A stretch of DNA of 64,000 bases from Pyrinomonadaceae bacterium (GTDB taxonomy: Bacteria; Acidobacteriota; Blastocatellia; Pyrinomonadales; Pyrinomonadaceae): assembly GCA_036388995.1 (NCBI GenBank), contig DASVQU010000001.1, positions 81 to 64,080 of the forward strand, read 5' to 3'. How positions within the stretch are numbered: the stretch's first letter is position 1; the number at the start of each line of letters is the position of its first letter. Shown piece by piece: positions 1 through 8,172 of the stretch. A program made the translations under genes and the position numbers. The notes beneath the pieces are model-generated. The model made no database searches, was not told the DNA's origin, and was given only the letters and a program-made list of their open reading frames with translations.

Positions 1-479
1 ACTTGAAAGGCGAAACAGGTAAATTTTTTCGCAGGTTTTTCAGGCAGGGCGTTTGCCGGCGGCGGTTCGGGTGTTGGCGTCGGTTCGATTTTAATTTCCG
101 GTTTTGTTTCTCCGGCTTTTTTGGGAGCGAAAAATTGCGGACATTTTTCCGAAACTCCGCTATCAATCAACGGTCCTTCCAAATTCCCGAAAGCGATGTC
201 GGCGGCGGACAAAATCGGCGTCACTTCTTCGAGCATCTCCGCGCCGTCCTTGGGCGGCATTCTCGTGTCGTCCGGGAAAGTCGAAGCGAGCATAATATCG
301 CCGACGGCGGCAATCGTAATCGGTTCTTGATTTAGAGACGGTTGGCGAATTTGCGGCTGGCTTTCGCTTGTTGCTGACACTTGGGGTAGAGTTAGACTGC
401 GCTCGCCGCTTTGACACGCCGAAGTCAGAGAGACAATAAAACTAATCAAAATGAAAATCGAATTTAATTTTGTGAACAT
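1..479 (-). CDS. CapA/PgsA-family (capsule-synthesis-like metallophosphatase) lipoprotein, N-terminal part; gene continues past the left edge
   Basis: Absent from the ORF track because there is no stop in the window. Hand translation from ATG at 479..477 gives MFTKLNSIFILISFIVSLTSAC (lipobox) ... ITIAAVGDIMLASTFPDD ... ADIAFGNLEGPLIDSG. These are the GDIM and NLEGP motifs typical of the CapA family. Confidence 0.6.
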   Translation of the reverse strand, partial: MFTKLNSIFILISFIVSLTSACQSGERSLTLPQVSATSESQPQIRQPSLNQEPITIAAVGDIMLASTFPDDTRMPPKDGAEMLEEVTPILSAADIAFGNLEGPLIDSGVSEKCPQFFAPKKAGETKPEIKIEPTPTPEPPPANALPEKPAKKFTCFAFQ

Positions 480-661
480 TTCGGTTTGCGGGAAAGCCCG
501 GCTGTTGATGCTTTCGCGGGACGATTGACTGACCGATTCAAGAATAATCGAGAACTAAAAAAAAATCCAATTGACTGAATCAAAACCGTTTCGCTCCGGC
601 GCGAAAGGTGAAAAACGGCTGTTTATGTTAATCTGAAATCAAAATTTCTATTCTCGCGAAC

Positions 662-1657
662 ATGAAAAACGTTTCTAAAACAAATAAAAGCGCCGAGCGT
701 TTCGCACGCTTTGCGTGGTTTGTCGTCGCTTACAACATTTTGGTCGTCGTTTGGGGCGCATTCGTCCGCGCGTCGAAATCGGGCGACGGCTGCGGCGCGA
801 GTTATCCTTTGTGCAACGGGATGATCATTCCGCACGCGGCGGAAATCAAAACCATTGTCGAATTTTCGCATCGTCTTTCGAGCGGTCTGGCGCTTTTGTG
901 CGTCATAGCACTCGTATTTTGGGCTTTCAGGGCGTTTCCGCGCAGGCATTTGGCGCGCAAAGGGGCGGTTTTATCGCTAATTTTTATTTTGACCGAAGCT
1001 GCAATCGGGGCGGGTTTGGTTTTGCTTGAGCTGGTCGCGCACAACGATTCGATTGCGCGCGCCGTTTGGATGGCGGCGCATCTGGTCAACACTTTCATTT
1101 TGCTGGCGGTTTTGGTTTTGACGGCTTATTGGGCTGGAAACGACGGTCGGCGCATTCACTTTCGGGGAAACGAACCGCGCGCGGTCGGTTTCGCGGCGGT
1201 GCTTGTTGGAATGATACTGGTCGGCGTCAGCGGCGCGATTGCGGCTCTCGGCGACACGCTTTTTCCAGCCGAATCGCTCTCTCACGGCATCAGCCAGGAT
1301 TTTTCCGAAACCGCTCACGTCCTTATACGTCTGCGGATCTGGCATCCGGTGCTTTCGATTTTAATCGGATGTTTCGCGGCTTTGCTCGCCGCATGGCACA
1401 TTCGGAAAAGACCTGACGATTTAAAAATTAAACAAATCTCGTCGTCGGTAATTGCATTGGTTTTAATTCAACTCGCGGCGGGCGCTCTCAACGTTTTGCT
1501 GCTGACTCCGATTTGGATGCAGCTCGTACATCTTTTCCTCGCAGATTTGTTGTGGCTGTCGCTGATTTTGCTCGCGGCGTCGAGCCTTTCGCAAACAGCC
1601 GAGAAAACCGTCGAAGTTAAAAATGCCGAGTCTCAACTGGAAACAGTCAAGATTTAA
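662..1657 (+). CDS. ctaA: heme A synthase (COX15/CtaA family)
   Basis: 331-aa polytopic membrane ORF. N-terminus FAWFVVAYNILVVVWGAFVRASKSGDGCGASYPLCNG carries the Cys pair, with conserved His in later helices, as in CtaA/COX15. Confidence 0.8.
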   Translation: MKNVSKTNKSAERFARFAWFVVAYNILVVVWGAFVRASKSGDGCGASYPLCNGMIIPHAAEIKTIVEFSHRLSSGLALLCVIALVFWAFRAFPRRHLARKGAVLSLIFILTEAAIGAGLVLLELVAHNDSIARAVWMAAHLVNTFILLAVLVLTAYWAGNDGRRIHFRGNEPRAVGFAAVLVGMILVGVSGAIAALGDTLFPAESLSHGISQDFSETAHVLIRLRIWHPVLSILIGCFAALLAAWHIRKRPDDLKIKQISSSVIALVLIQLAAGALNVLLLTPIWMQLVHLFLADLLWLSLILLAASSLSQTAEKTVEVKNAESQLETVKI

Positions 1658-1824
1658 TTTTGTCAGGTAGTGTCCTAATGGTGTGGTGCTAACAGCTAAG
1701 TATTTTCGGCGGATAGAAAAGGTGATTAAACTCTAGTTTGAAGTGTTATGCCGCATTTTAGCGGTATAATTAGAAGTTGTGCTTCTTGAGCACAGACTTG
1801 ATTCCGTGGAAAAGTAAAAACAGA

Positions 1825-2319
1825 ATGAAACTTGTTCCTTGCATCGGATGTGGCGGACTGTTTCCGGATATTGACGGTGCAACTCACCGTTATATGGAAT
1901 CATCAGCGGGTTGCTGGGCGGCTTACGGAGAAATTCTGGCACGCGAATACAGCAGTCCGGCGTATTTTGAAATACATCGGCTGACGGTTGATGCTTATGC
2001 GGCTCAACATCCCGGACAGCCATCGCCGCAAAGCATCAAATCGGTAGGTTATCATCTTGTCCGATTGTGCTTGCTCCTTGAACGTGGTCTCGAAATGGAG
2101 CGAGCGAATGAGGCGATGCTCACCATAACGAAAACAAAGGAACATTTTACTTGGCTTACTCCGCCATCTTCGCTAGGTTCAATCACGGTAAGTGACGTTT
2201 GTAAGACTTCTTCTGCTGAACAGCATAAACAATTAGTTAGACAGTGGGCAGCTTCGGTATGGGCAGCTTGGTCTCCACATCATTCGATGATTTATAGTTG
2301 GCTACCAATACTGAAATAG
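1825..2319 (+). CDS. DUF5946-like hypothetical protein
   Basis: The track ORF is 1777..2319. ATG at 1825 gives MKLVPCIGCGGLFPDIDGATHRYMESSAGCWAAYGEILAREY...HRLTVDAYAAQHPG, which I recognise as the DUF5946 pattern. Confidence 0.55.
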   Translation: MKLVPCIGCGGLFPDIDGATHRYMESSAGCWAAYGEILAREYSSPAYFEIHRLTVDAYAAQHPGQPSPQSIKSVGYHLVRLCLLLERGLEMERANEAMLTITKTKEHFTWLTPPSSLGSITVSDVCKTSSAEQHKQLVRQWAASVWAAWSPHHSMIYSWLPILK

Positions 2320-2328
2320 TTAGCTGCA

Positions 2329-2448
2329 ATGTTCAGCAAAGCAGCACAACAAATCAACGAAGCACTTTGCAAAATTCTCGCGCATAACATCTGCGTTTTG
2401 ATTCAATCAATGTGCGAACTAAATATAAAGCCTGAATTCTGGAAATAA
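2329..2448 (+). pseudogene. 39-codon remnant resembling the conserved C-terminal tail of a DDE transposase
   Basis: Hand translation gives MFSKAAQQINEALCKILAHNICVLIQSMCELNIKPEFWK*. The ...L.K.LAHNI.VLIQ.M.ELGI... tail is familiar from transposase C-termini. Stops lie immediately upstream, so only the tail survives. It sits at the left border of an AT-richer islet. Confidence 0.4.
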
Positions 2449-2478
2449 ATATAATAAGGAGTTAATATAGCTCCGGCT

Positions 2479-2778
2479 ATGAATAATGAGGGGAAAGAAC
2501 CGAATAGGTGGCTAATCATCTTCGGTTTTCAAATCTACTTTGGAATTGTTCATTCAATTTTATGGCGGGTTCTTTCCAACGCATTTTCTGTGTCATTTCC
2601 AATTGCCTTTAGTTTCTCTGTGCTTTTCACATCTTTAACAGCATACTTTTTGTTTCTTCACGGAACAATCAGTTTTTGGTCAAAAGAAAAATGGACTTTT
2701 TCTTATTTCGCCAAAATTGCCCTTTTTTTGACGATTTTGGCATTTTTGCTTGCTAAATACATTCTCAATGAGCAGTAG
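2479..2778 (+). CDS. small integral membrane protein (hypothetical)
   Basis: 99-aa ORF with 3 hydrophobic helices; lies in the AT-rich islet. Confidence 0.5.
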   Translation: MNNEGKEPNRWLIIFGFQIYFGIVHSILWRVLSNAFSVSFPIAFSFSVLFTSLTAYFLFLHGTISFWSKEKWTFSYFAKIALFLTILAFLLAKYILNEQ

Positions 2779-2784
2779 CTATTT

Positions 2785-2851
2785 GTCTCAAAAGTGCTTA
2801 ACCAAAACGCAGCTTGTCTCAAAACTTAGTCTCAAAAGTGGCTTTTGACAC
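2785..2851. repeat. cluster of three GTCTCAAAA motifs; the last forms the palindrome GTCTCAAAAGTGGCTTTTGACAC
   Basis: GTCTCAAAA occurs at 2785, 2816 and 2829. The inverted partner TTTTGACAC is at 2843..2851. Confidence 0.8.
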
Positions 2852-2899
2852 AAAGCTTAAAACTTCTGTTTGTTGTGCTAATTTGTCCGATTGTGATTT

Positions 2900-3403
2900 T
2901 CATTGATTTTTTTTGGTTTTATTTTCGACTGAGAGCAGTTCGGTTGAATTTTCCGCAATGCTCTGAACAGGCTCGAAAGGTTTTTCTTCGAGAAGCTTGC
3001 CCGTTTCTTTTTTATCGGTTAATTCGCTAGTCATCGCGGGATTTATTTGAGCTTTTCTTTCTTTGGCAAACTGGAAGTAAGATGCACAAAGTATTATCCA
3101 AACTGTGGAAATGGTAATGACAATCAGTGAAATTCCAAACGAAACATTATTGTCCTTCAAAATTACCTTATAGAAAATGCCGGATATAATAAAAAAAACG
3201 CCGATTAACAAACCCAATCCAAACCGGCTGAGGACAAAATTTTTAAAGTTTTCAATTGAGCTTTCTTTCTTCGATAACTTTGCATTCTGTACTGTCGTTA
3301 ATTGCAGCAAAAGTGATTCGGCTATGACTCCCAGATATATTCCGCACGAACGACAAAACTTTTGTTCGGTTGAATTATTTGTGGCGCAATTTGGACAAAA
3401 CAT
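2900..3403 (-). CDS. zinc-ribbon domain membrane protein (hypothetical)
   Basis: MFCPNCATNNSTEQKFCRSCG zinc ribbon followed by 3 TM helices. AAGGAGA lies 4 nt upstream of the ATG. Confidence 0.65.
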   Translation of the reverse strand: MFCPNCATNNSTEQKFCRSCGIYLGVIAESLLLQLTTVQNAKLSKKESSIENFKNFVLSRFGLGLLIGVFFIISGIFYKVILKDNNVSFGISLIVITISTVWIILCASYFQFAKERKAQINPAMTSELTDKKETGKLLEEKPFEPVQSIAENSTELLSVENKTKKNQ

Positions 3404-3573
3404 AAATTCTCCTTTTCAGCGGTCTGATTTCTCCGCTTCGGTTCTCTTCATCTTATACGGACATCGGTTGAATTAATTTAACGGAACTTGTAAATAATTA
3501 TTTTCCGATTGTTTACCATAAATCCGCCGGACAAAAGCCGAATTGTAACCAAACCAATAAACTCTTTCATTTC

Positions 3574-3599
3574 GTCTCAAAAAGGGTCGTTTTTGACAC
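3574..3599. repeat. islet palindrome GTCTCAAAAAGGGTCGTTTTTGACAC
   Basis: Inverted repeat directly after the stop of the 3603.. gene. Same family as 2829, 3860 and 4246. Confidence 0.8.
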
Positions 3600-3602
3600 T
3601 GT

Positions 3603-3836
3603 TTAACTCTTATTGTAAAGGTTGACATAATCTTTCATTTCTGAATTTAATATTCTTAGAAAAGTCGCGCCTTTGCCTGAAACCCTTTCCAAATCCCATC
3701 CCCAGCCAATCAAATCTACCACAGTGTATCTGTCGCCAATCTTAATTTTCTCGTTGCTATCTGTAACGGCTTCACAAATGAACTCAACCGTATCACCTAT
3801 TTCGCAGAAAAGTTGTTCAGGTGATTTTTGGCTCAA
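3603..3836 (-). CDS. hypothetical small protein
   Basis: The track ORF is 3603..3899, but its first 21 codons run through the palindrome at 3860..3885. TTG at 3836 is preceded by AAGGA, which gives a cleaner start. The start choice is uncertain. Confidence 0.4.
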   Translation of the reverse strand: MSQKSPEQLFCEIGDTVEFICEAVTDSNEKIKIGDRYTVVDLIGWGWDLERVSGKGATFLRILNSEMKDYVNLYNKS

Positions 3837-3859
3837 TGCTTTTTCCTTGTTATTTGGAT

Positions 3860-3885
3860 GTTTCAAAAGGGTCGTTTTTGGAACG
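3860..3885. repeat. islet palindrome variant GTTTCAAAAGGGTCGTTTTTGGAAC
   Basis: Same core (GGGTCG spacer) as 3574..3599. Lies 10 nt downstream of the stop of the 3896.. gene. Confidence 0.75.
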
Positions 3886-3895
3886 AATTCGTTAA

Positions 3896-4219
3896 TCAAG
3901 ATAAATTGCCCCTCTTAATTTTAGACTTTCTCCAACTCAAATAAGTACCGATTAAAGGGGAAATGAAGAAAATACCTATCATACCGATTATGCGAGGCAT
4001 AAAATCTGAAAACCTTACAATTGGTTGGTATCTCTCTGGTTCAAGAAAATATATAAGCAACAATGCTGAAATGATTGAGACAATCGGAATGACAATCAAA
4101 GATAATTTATAACGGTAATAGCAAATCAAAAAGCAGATAACAGAAAACGGAAGCAAGGGCAAGACATACAGAACATAAGGTGTTTCAAGTATTCCTAAAA
4201 GAAATGGATTCCATTTCAT
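3896..4219 (-). CDS. small integral membrane protein (hypothetical)
   Basis: The track start at 4252 is a TTG inside the palindrome. ATG at 4219 gives MKWNPFLLGILE..., with 3-4 TM helices. Confidence 0.5.
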   Translation of the reverse strand: MKWNPFLLGILETPYVLYVLPLLPFSVICFLICYYRYKLSLIVIPIVSIISALLLIYFLEPERYQPIVRFSDFMPRIIGMIGIFFISPLIGTYLSWRKSKIKRGNLS

Positions 4220-4245
4220 AAAATTGATTTTACTATTTATAAAAT

Positions 4246-4270
4246 GTCTCAAAAAGGGTGTTTTTGAGAC
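4246..4270. repeat. islet palindrome GTCTCAAAAAGGGTGTTTTTGAGAC (perfect 10-bp arms)
   Basis: Perfect inverted repeat 27 nt upstream of the ATG at 4219. Confidence 0.85.
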
Positions 4271-4323
4271 ATTTTAGTATAGAACCACAGGATTATGACA
4301 CTACCTTTTGTCAATAAAATGAG

Positions 4324-4353
4324 AAAGGCGAGTTCTGAGTCGAACTCGCCTTT
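4324..4353 (-). terminator. rho-independent terminator downstream of the PilZ gene
   Basis: AAAGGCGAGTTC-tgagtc-GAACTCGCCTTT is a 12-bp stem. On the minus strand it is followed by TTTTATTG. Confidence 0.7.
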
Positions 4354-4395
4354 AAATTTTCCCCGGCTCGTTAATTATGAGAATTATTGCTGTTA

Positions 4396-4800
4396 TTAAT
4401 TAACCCACTCTTCTTCGTAATCTACGCGCCAGTGACGATTTACCCATTCTTGAGCTGCGGTTACAACTTTCTCTCGCCAATCCTTGATTCGGTTGACGAC
4501 GGAAAATGCAGCCATCGGTTTACCCGGATCGCGTTCGACGCGGATAACTTCAACCGGAACTTCAATAATCAATTCGCCTTCATCCATAATCCGCAAACTG
4601 ACTTCGCTGCCGACGGGCGGCAGATTGGTCATATTCACCAAAGTGCTGGTTTCGCCGACATTTTCGGTCGTTCCTTCGACCGAAACCGATTTACCCGTAT
4701 TCTTGTCAACCCAAGTCGCCTGCACCTGCATATGCGCCATAATACGTGGACTCACTATGGGTCTTCCCCCTAAACTCGAATTTGTTAATTGCGTTGCCAT
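4396..4800 (-). CDS. PilZ-domain-like protein
   Basis: ATG at 4800 is preceded by AGGAGG. The beta-rich 134-aa protein has an N-terminal R-rich segment (GGRPIVSPRIMAH) and a TENVGETSTLV motif resembling PilZ RxxxR / D.S..G. Confidence 0.5.
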   Translation of the reverse strand: MATQLTNSSLGGRPIVSPRIMAHMQVQATWVDKNTGKSVSVEGTTENVGETSTLVNMTNLPPVGSEVSLRIMDEGELIIEVPVEVIRVERDPGKPMAAFSVVNRIKDWREKVVTAAQEWVNRHWRVDYEEEWVN

Positions 4801-5289
4801 CAAACGTTGCCTCCTTTCGCAGTATAGTTGCCAGATTCAAAAAAATAGATGCTTTAAAATTTCAGAAAAATCAAAAATTTCCACATCTCTCGTAATTATG
4901 CCAAACCGCTCAAACCGCTTGCGCCAACCGTTTTATTATAAACCATAAAAATCAAGCAAAATAAAATTAAATTGGCAAAAAACGGAAAAGCCGTTTATCG
5001 AAAACGCACCGCTTGTGCGAAAACGAACAAGGGGAAGATATGCTCGAAAAGGTAAATAGTCAACCTTTTTCTGCAATCTTCCCGGTTTTTCTACGCGAAA
5101 ACCGTCGAAAAAGTTCGAACGCTTATTGATTTTCCTTGTCTGAGACAAAAGTTAAACCGCGCAAACGAAGATTAAAACAACAGGGCGTTCTGAAAAAGAT
5201 GAGAATCAGCACCGGATATAGAAAAATTTATTCGATTGCGCTAAACTCGCCGCCTGACCTTTTTAGAAATTTGCTCGGCGAGGATAAAA

Positions 5290-7776
5290 ATGCGAAAAAT
5301 TTGGTTCGGATTGGCATCTGCTCTTTTGGTTATCTTTCTTTTTTCTCTCCAATTCTTAAGCACGGCTCAGCAAGCATCGAATCAAGCCGCAAATGAAAAG
5401 CTCGCGGGCTTTGATTTAAAAAACGATAAATTCGGTTTGATATGGACGAAAACCGCCATTCGGCAAACAGATAATAGCGGCGGTTCCTGGCGTCAAATCA
5501 CGCCGCCGAAATCTGGTGAACAAATTGTCAGCTCCGTTTTTTTCTCAAACGAACAACACGGCGCGGTAATTTTAGCGGATACGAAAATCTCAGCTCTCGA
5601 ACTGGCGCAAACCGCGAACGGCGGCGCAAGCTGGAGAAAACAAAATTTGAGCTTGCCGCCGGAAATTGTCGGTGAAGCCAATTTAATCGAAATTCCGCTG
5701 GAATTTACCGACGAGCAAAACGGTTTTTTGATTCTGCGTTTGCCGTCGAATTCCAATTTCACGCGCGCCGCTGTTTTTTCGACCGCTGACGGCGGAAACG
5801 TCTGGCGTTTGGAACAAAACATTATGGAATCGGGCGAATTTCCGCTTCGCTCGCTTTTAGCATCGGTTCACTCGGAAAAACAAAAGGCAATCGCCGAAAT
5901 TAACGGCAAAGAATTTCAGTTTTTAAGCGACGCGGTTAATCGAATTTCGTTTCAAGCGCCGTTGGCGGCGGATGAAAACATCACAAACGTTGGTTTCGTA
6001 ACAGCGGAAACGGGCTGGATTTTAGCGGAAGCGGGGCGCTGCCGAGAATTTAAATCAAGTTGCGAGCAGCAAGCGAGACTTCTTTCAACCGCCGACGGCG
6101 GTAAAACCTGGCGCGACATAACGCCCGAATCGGCGAAAGAAGAAATTAAAATTCCCAATTCGAATCAAAATCTATCCACGCCGGTCGGTTCGACTCGGAT
6201 TAGTATGAATCGCGGTTTCGACAAATGCACTGCCGCGACCGTCGCGCAAATGCAAACCTGGTGGAATAACAGCCCGTTTTATGACTCGAATATTTACATT
6301 TCGGGCAGAAATCGCGGCTGCTCGCAACCGCAGCTTTCCGCCGCCTGGGTCAATCAAGTTTCCGCAATGGGCTGGGGATTGATTCCGACAATTGTCGGCT
6401 ATCAAGCACCTTGCTCGGTTTGCGCAAACTGCGCCAAACACAGCACAGACCCGGCAACCGCCGAAACGCAAGGTCGCGGCGAAGCCGACATCGCCATCAC
6501 AGACGCTAATAATCTCGGATTAACTCAAGGCTCGGTACTTTATTACGATATGGAACGCTACGACGAAACAAGCAGCACGCCGGGTTGCCGGGCGTCGGTC
6601 AATGCGTTTCTCAAAGGCTGGACTGACCGCGTTAAAGAAGGCGGCTATGTTTCGGGAGTTTACGGTTCGCCGACCAATGCGGTTAACGATTGGGTAAACA
6701 TTCCCGCCGCAAGCCGGATGGACGCGATTTGGATGGCTCGCTGGGACAACATTCAATCGGTCTGGTTTTATGCCTCGCCTTCGCCTCAGATTCCGGCGAA
6801 TTTCTGGTCGAATCACCAGCGAATCAAACAATTTCAAGCTCCGCACGATGAAACCTGGGGCGGCGTGACTTTTAACATTGACGGAAACATCGCCGACGGT
6901 CCTGTCGCCGGAGTGCGCGCGAAAAACAAACCGGCGGATTTTGACGGCGACGGTAAAACAGACGTTTCCGTGTATCGTCTCGAAGGCGGTTTCTGGTTTG
7001 TTCAAAACAGCCGAAACAATACATTCGGCGCGGTAAATTTCGGCATCGCTTCGGACATCATAGCGCCCGGCGATTATAACGGAGACGGGAAAACAGATTA
7101 CGCCGTTTTCCGACCGGAACAGGGAACTTGGTATTCGTATTCATACGACCCGGCGCGCCCGAATGCGGCTGTTTTTCGCGTTCGACAATTTGGCGCGAGC
7201 GGCGACGTTCCGGTCGCGGCTGATTACGACGGCGACGGAAACACAGACATCGCGGTTTTCCGACAGGGCGCCTGGTACATTACGCCGAGCTTTGATTTCC
7301 GCGATCCGAATTTCCGTTCGGAATTGTTCGGCACGAGCGGCGACATTGCCGTTCCCGGAGATTATGACGGCGACGGGCGAGCCGACATCGCCGTCTTTCG
7401 CCCGTCAAACGGAACCTGGTATGTGCAGCGTTCGACCGCCGGATTTTTCGCGGTAAATTTCGGCACAGCGACGGACAAACCCGTTCAAGGCGATTACGAC
7501 GGCGACGGTAAAACGGATGTGGCAGTTTATCGCCATTCAAACGGTGCCTGGTATTGGCTCAACGCAAACGGTGAATTTAAAGCCTTTAATTGGGGAACCG
7601 GGAACGACAAACCCGCGCCGGGAGATTTTGACGGCGACGGCAAATGGGACTTTGCCGTTTTCCGACCGGAAAACGGTTTTTGGTACGCAATGCAGAGCCA
7701 AGCGGGATTTATGGCGGTGAATTTCGGCACGGCGGGCGACCGTCCCGCGCCAGCCGGATATGTTCCGCAAAATTGA
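5290..7776 (+). CDS. secreted multidomain protein: BNR/Ycf48-like repeats + DUF1906 (glycoside-hydrolase-like) + C-terminal FG-GAP/VCBS propeller
   Basis: Signal peptide present. BNR-type motifs DNSGGSWR, ANGGASWR, ADGGNVWR and ADGGKTWRDITP. DUF1906-like segment RGFDKCTAATVAQMQTWW...YYDMERYD. Six D.DGDG.(T/A)D calcium-loop repeats run from about 6930 to the end. Confidence 0.75.
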   Translation: MRKIWFGLASALLVIFLFSLQFLSTAQQASNQAANEKLAGFDLKNDKFGLIWTKTAIRQTDNSGGSWRQITPPKSGEQIVSSVFFSNEQHGAVILADTKISALELAQTANGGASWRKQNLSLPPEIVGEANLIEIPLEFTDEQNGFLILRLPSNSNFTRAAVFSTADGGNVWRLEQNIMESGEFPLRSLLASVHSEKQKAIAEINGKEFQFLSDAVNRISFQAPLAADENITNVGFVTAETGWILAEAGRCREFKSSCEQQARLLSTADGGKTWRDITPESAKEEIKIPNSNQNLSTPVGSTRISMNRGFDKCTAATVAQMQTWWNNSPFYDSNIYISGRNRGCSQPQLSAAWVNQVSAMGWGLIPTIVGYQAPCSVCANCAKHSTDPATAETQGRGEADIAITDANNLGLTQGSVLYYDMERYDETSSTPGCRASVNAFLKGWTDRVKEGGYVSGVYGSPTNAVNDWVNIPAASRMDAIWMARWDNIQSVWFYASPSPQIPANFWSNHQRIKQFQAPHDETWGGVTFNIDGNIADGPVAGVRAKNKPADFDGDGKTDVSVYRLEGGFWFVQNSRNNTFGAVNFGIASDIIAPGDYNGDGKTDYAVFRPEQGTWYSYSYDPARPNAAVFRVRQFGASGDVPVAADYDGDGNTDIAVFRQGAWYITPSFDFRDPNFRSELFGTSGDIAVPGDYDGDGRADIAVFRPSNGTWYVQRSTAGFFAVNFGTATDKPVQGDYDGDGKTDVAVYRHSNGAWYWLNANGEFKAFNWGTGNDKPAPGDFDGDGKWDFAVFRPENGFWYAMQSQAGFMAVNFGTAGDRPAPAGYVPQN

Positions 7777-7834
7777 CAAGCCTGATTTTATCGTTAAGAT
7801 ATTCCGCTTATAGATTTGAAACAGGAGAAAAGAA

Positions 7835-8143
7835 ATGTATCCACAACAACAGAATTATGGCGGTTCGCCCGATTACTGGAAATCGCAGGGCGCTGATAAA
7901 AAAGTCGCCGCCGGAATTTTGGGAATTCTGCTCGGCTGGCTCGGCATTCATAAGTTTTATTTGGGTTACACGCAGGAAGGCGTGATAATGCTGGTCGTTT
8001 CGCTCATAGTTGGATTTGTAACTTGCGGCATCGGCATTATCGCGATGCAAATTATCGGAATCATCGAAGGAGTAATGTATTTGACAAAACCGGATGAGGA
8101 GTTTGTCCGCACATATATTCAAGGCAAAAAAGGATGGTTTTAA
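7835..8143 (+). CDS. TM2 domain-containing membrane protein
   Basis: KKVAAGILGILLGWLGIHKFYLGYTQEGVIMLV is the TM2 signature. AGGAGA SD upstream. Confidence 0.8.
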   Translation: MYPQQQNYGGSPDYWKSQGADKKVAAGILGILLGWLGIHKFYLGYTQEGVIMLVVSLIVGFVTCGIGIIAMQIIGIIEGVMYLTKPDEEFVRTYIQGKKGWF

Positions 8144-8145
8144 TG

Positions 8146-8170
8146 AAAAAGGCGAAGGGGTCGCCTTTTT
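8146..8170. terminator. bidirectional rho-independent terminator between convergent genes
   Basis: AAAAA-GGCGA-AGGGG-TCGCC-TTTTT. Confidence 0.7.
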
Positions 8171-8172
8171 CA

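Noticed and set aside
2785-4270. Integron gene-cassette array, with the GTCTCAAAAA palindromes acting as attC sites
   Set aside because: There is no intI integrase or attI in the window. The palindromes are much shorter than typical attC sites and lack a clear R''/L''-L'/R' organisation. One gene (2479..2778) is in the opposite orientation. I kept this only as a loose analogy.
4804-5289. A 490-nt gap between the PilZ-like gene and the BNR/FG-GAP gene, considered as a possible ncRNA or small gene (track ORFs 4936..5148 and 5136..5396)
   Set aside because: The ORFs are basic and low-complexity with no SD. I could see only one weak hairpin (AAACGG-aaaag-CCGTTT, near 4985) and no riboswitch-like conserved core. 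There is insufficient evidence to call anything.
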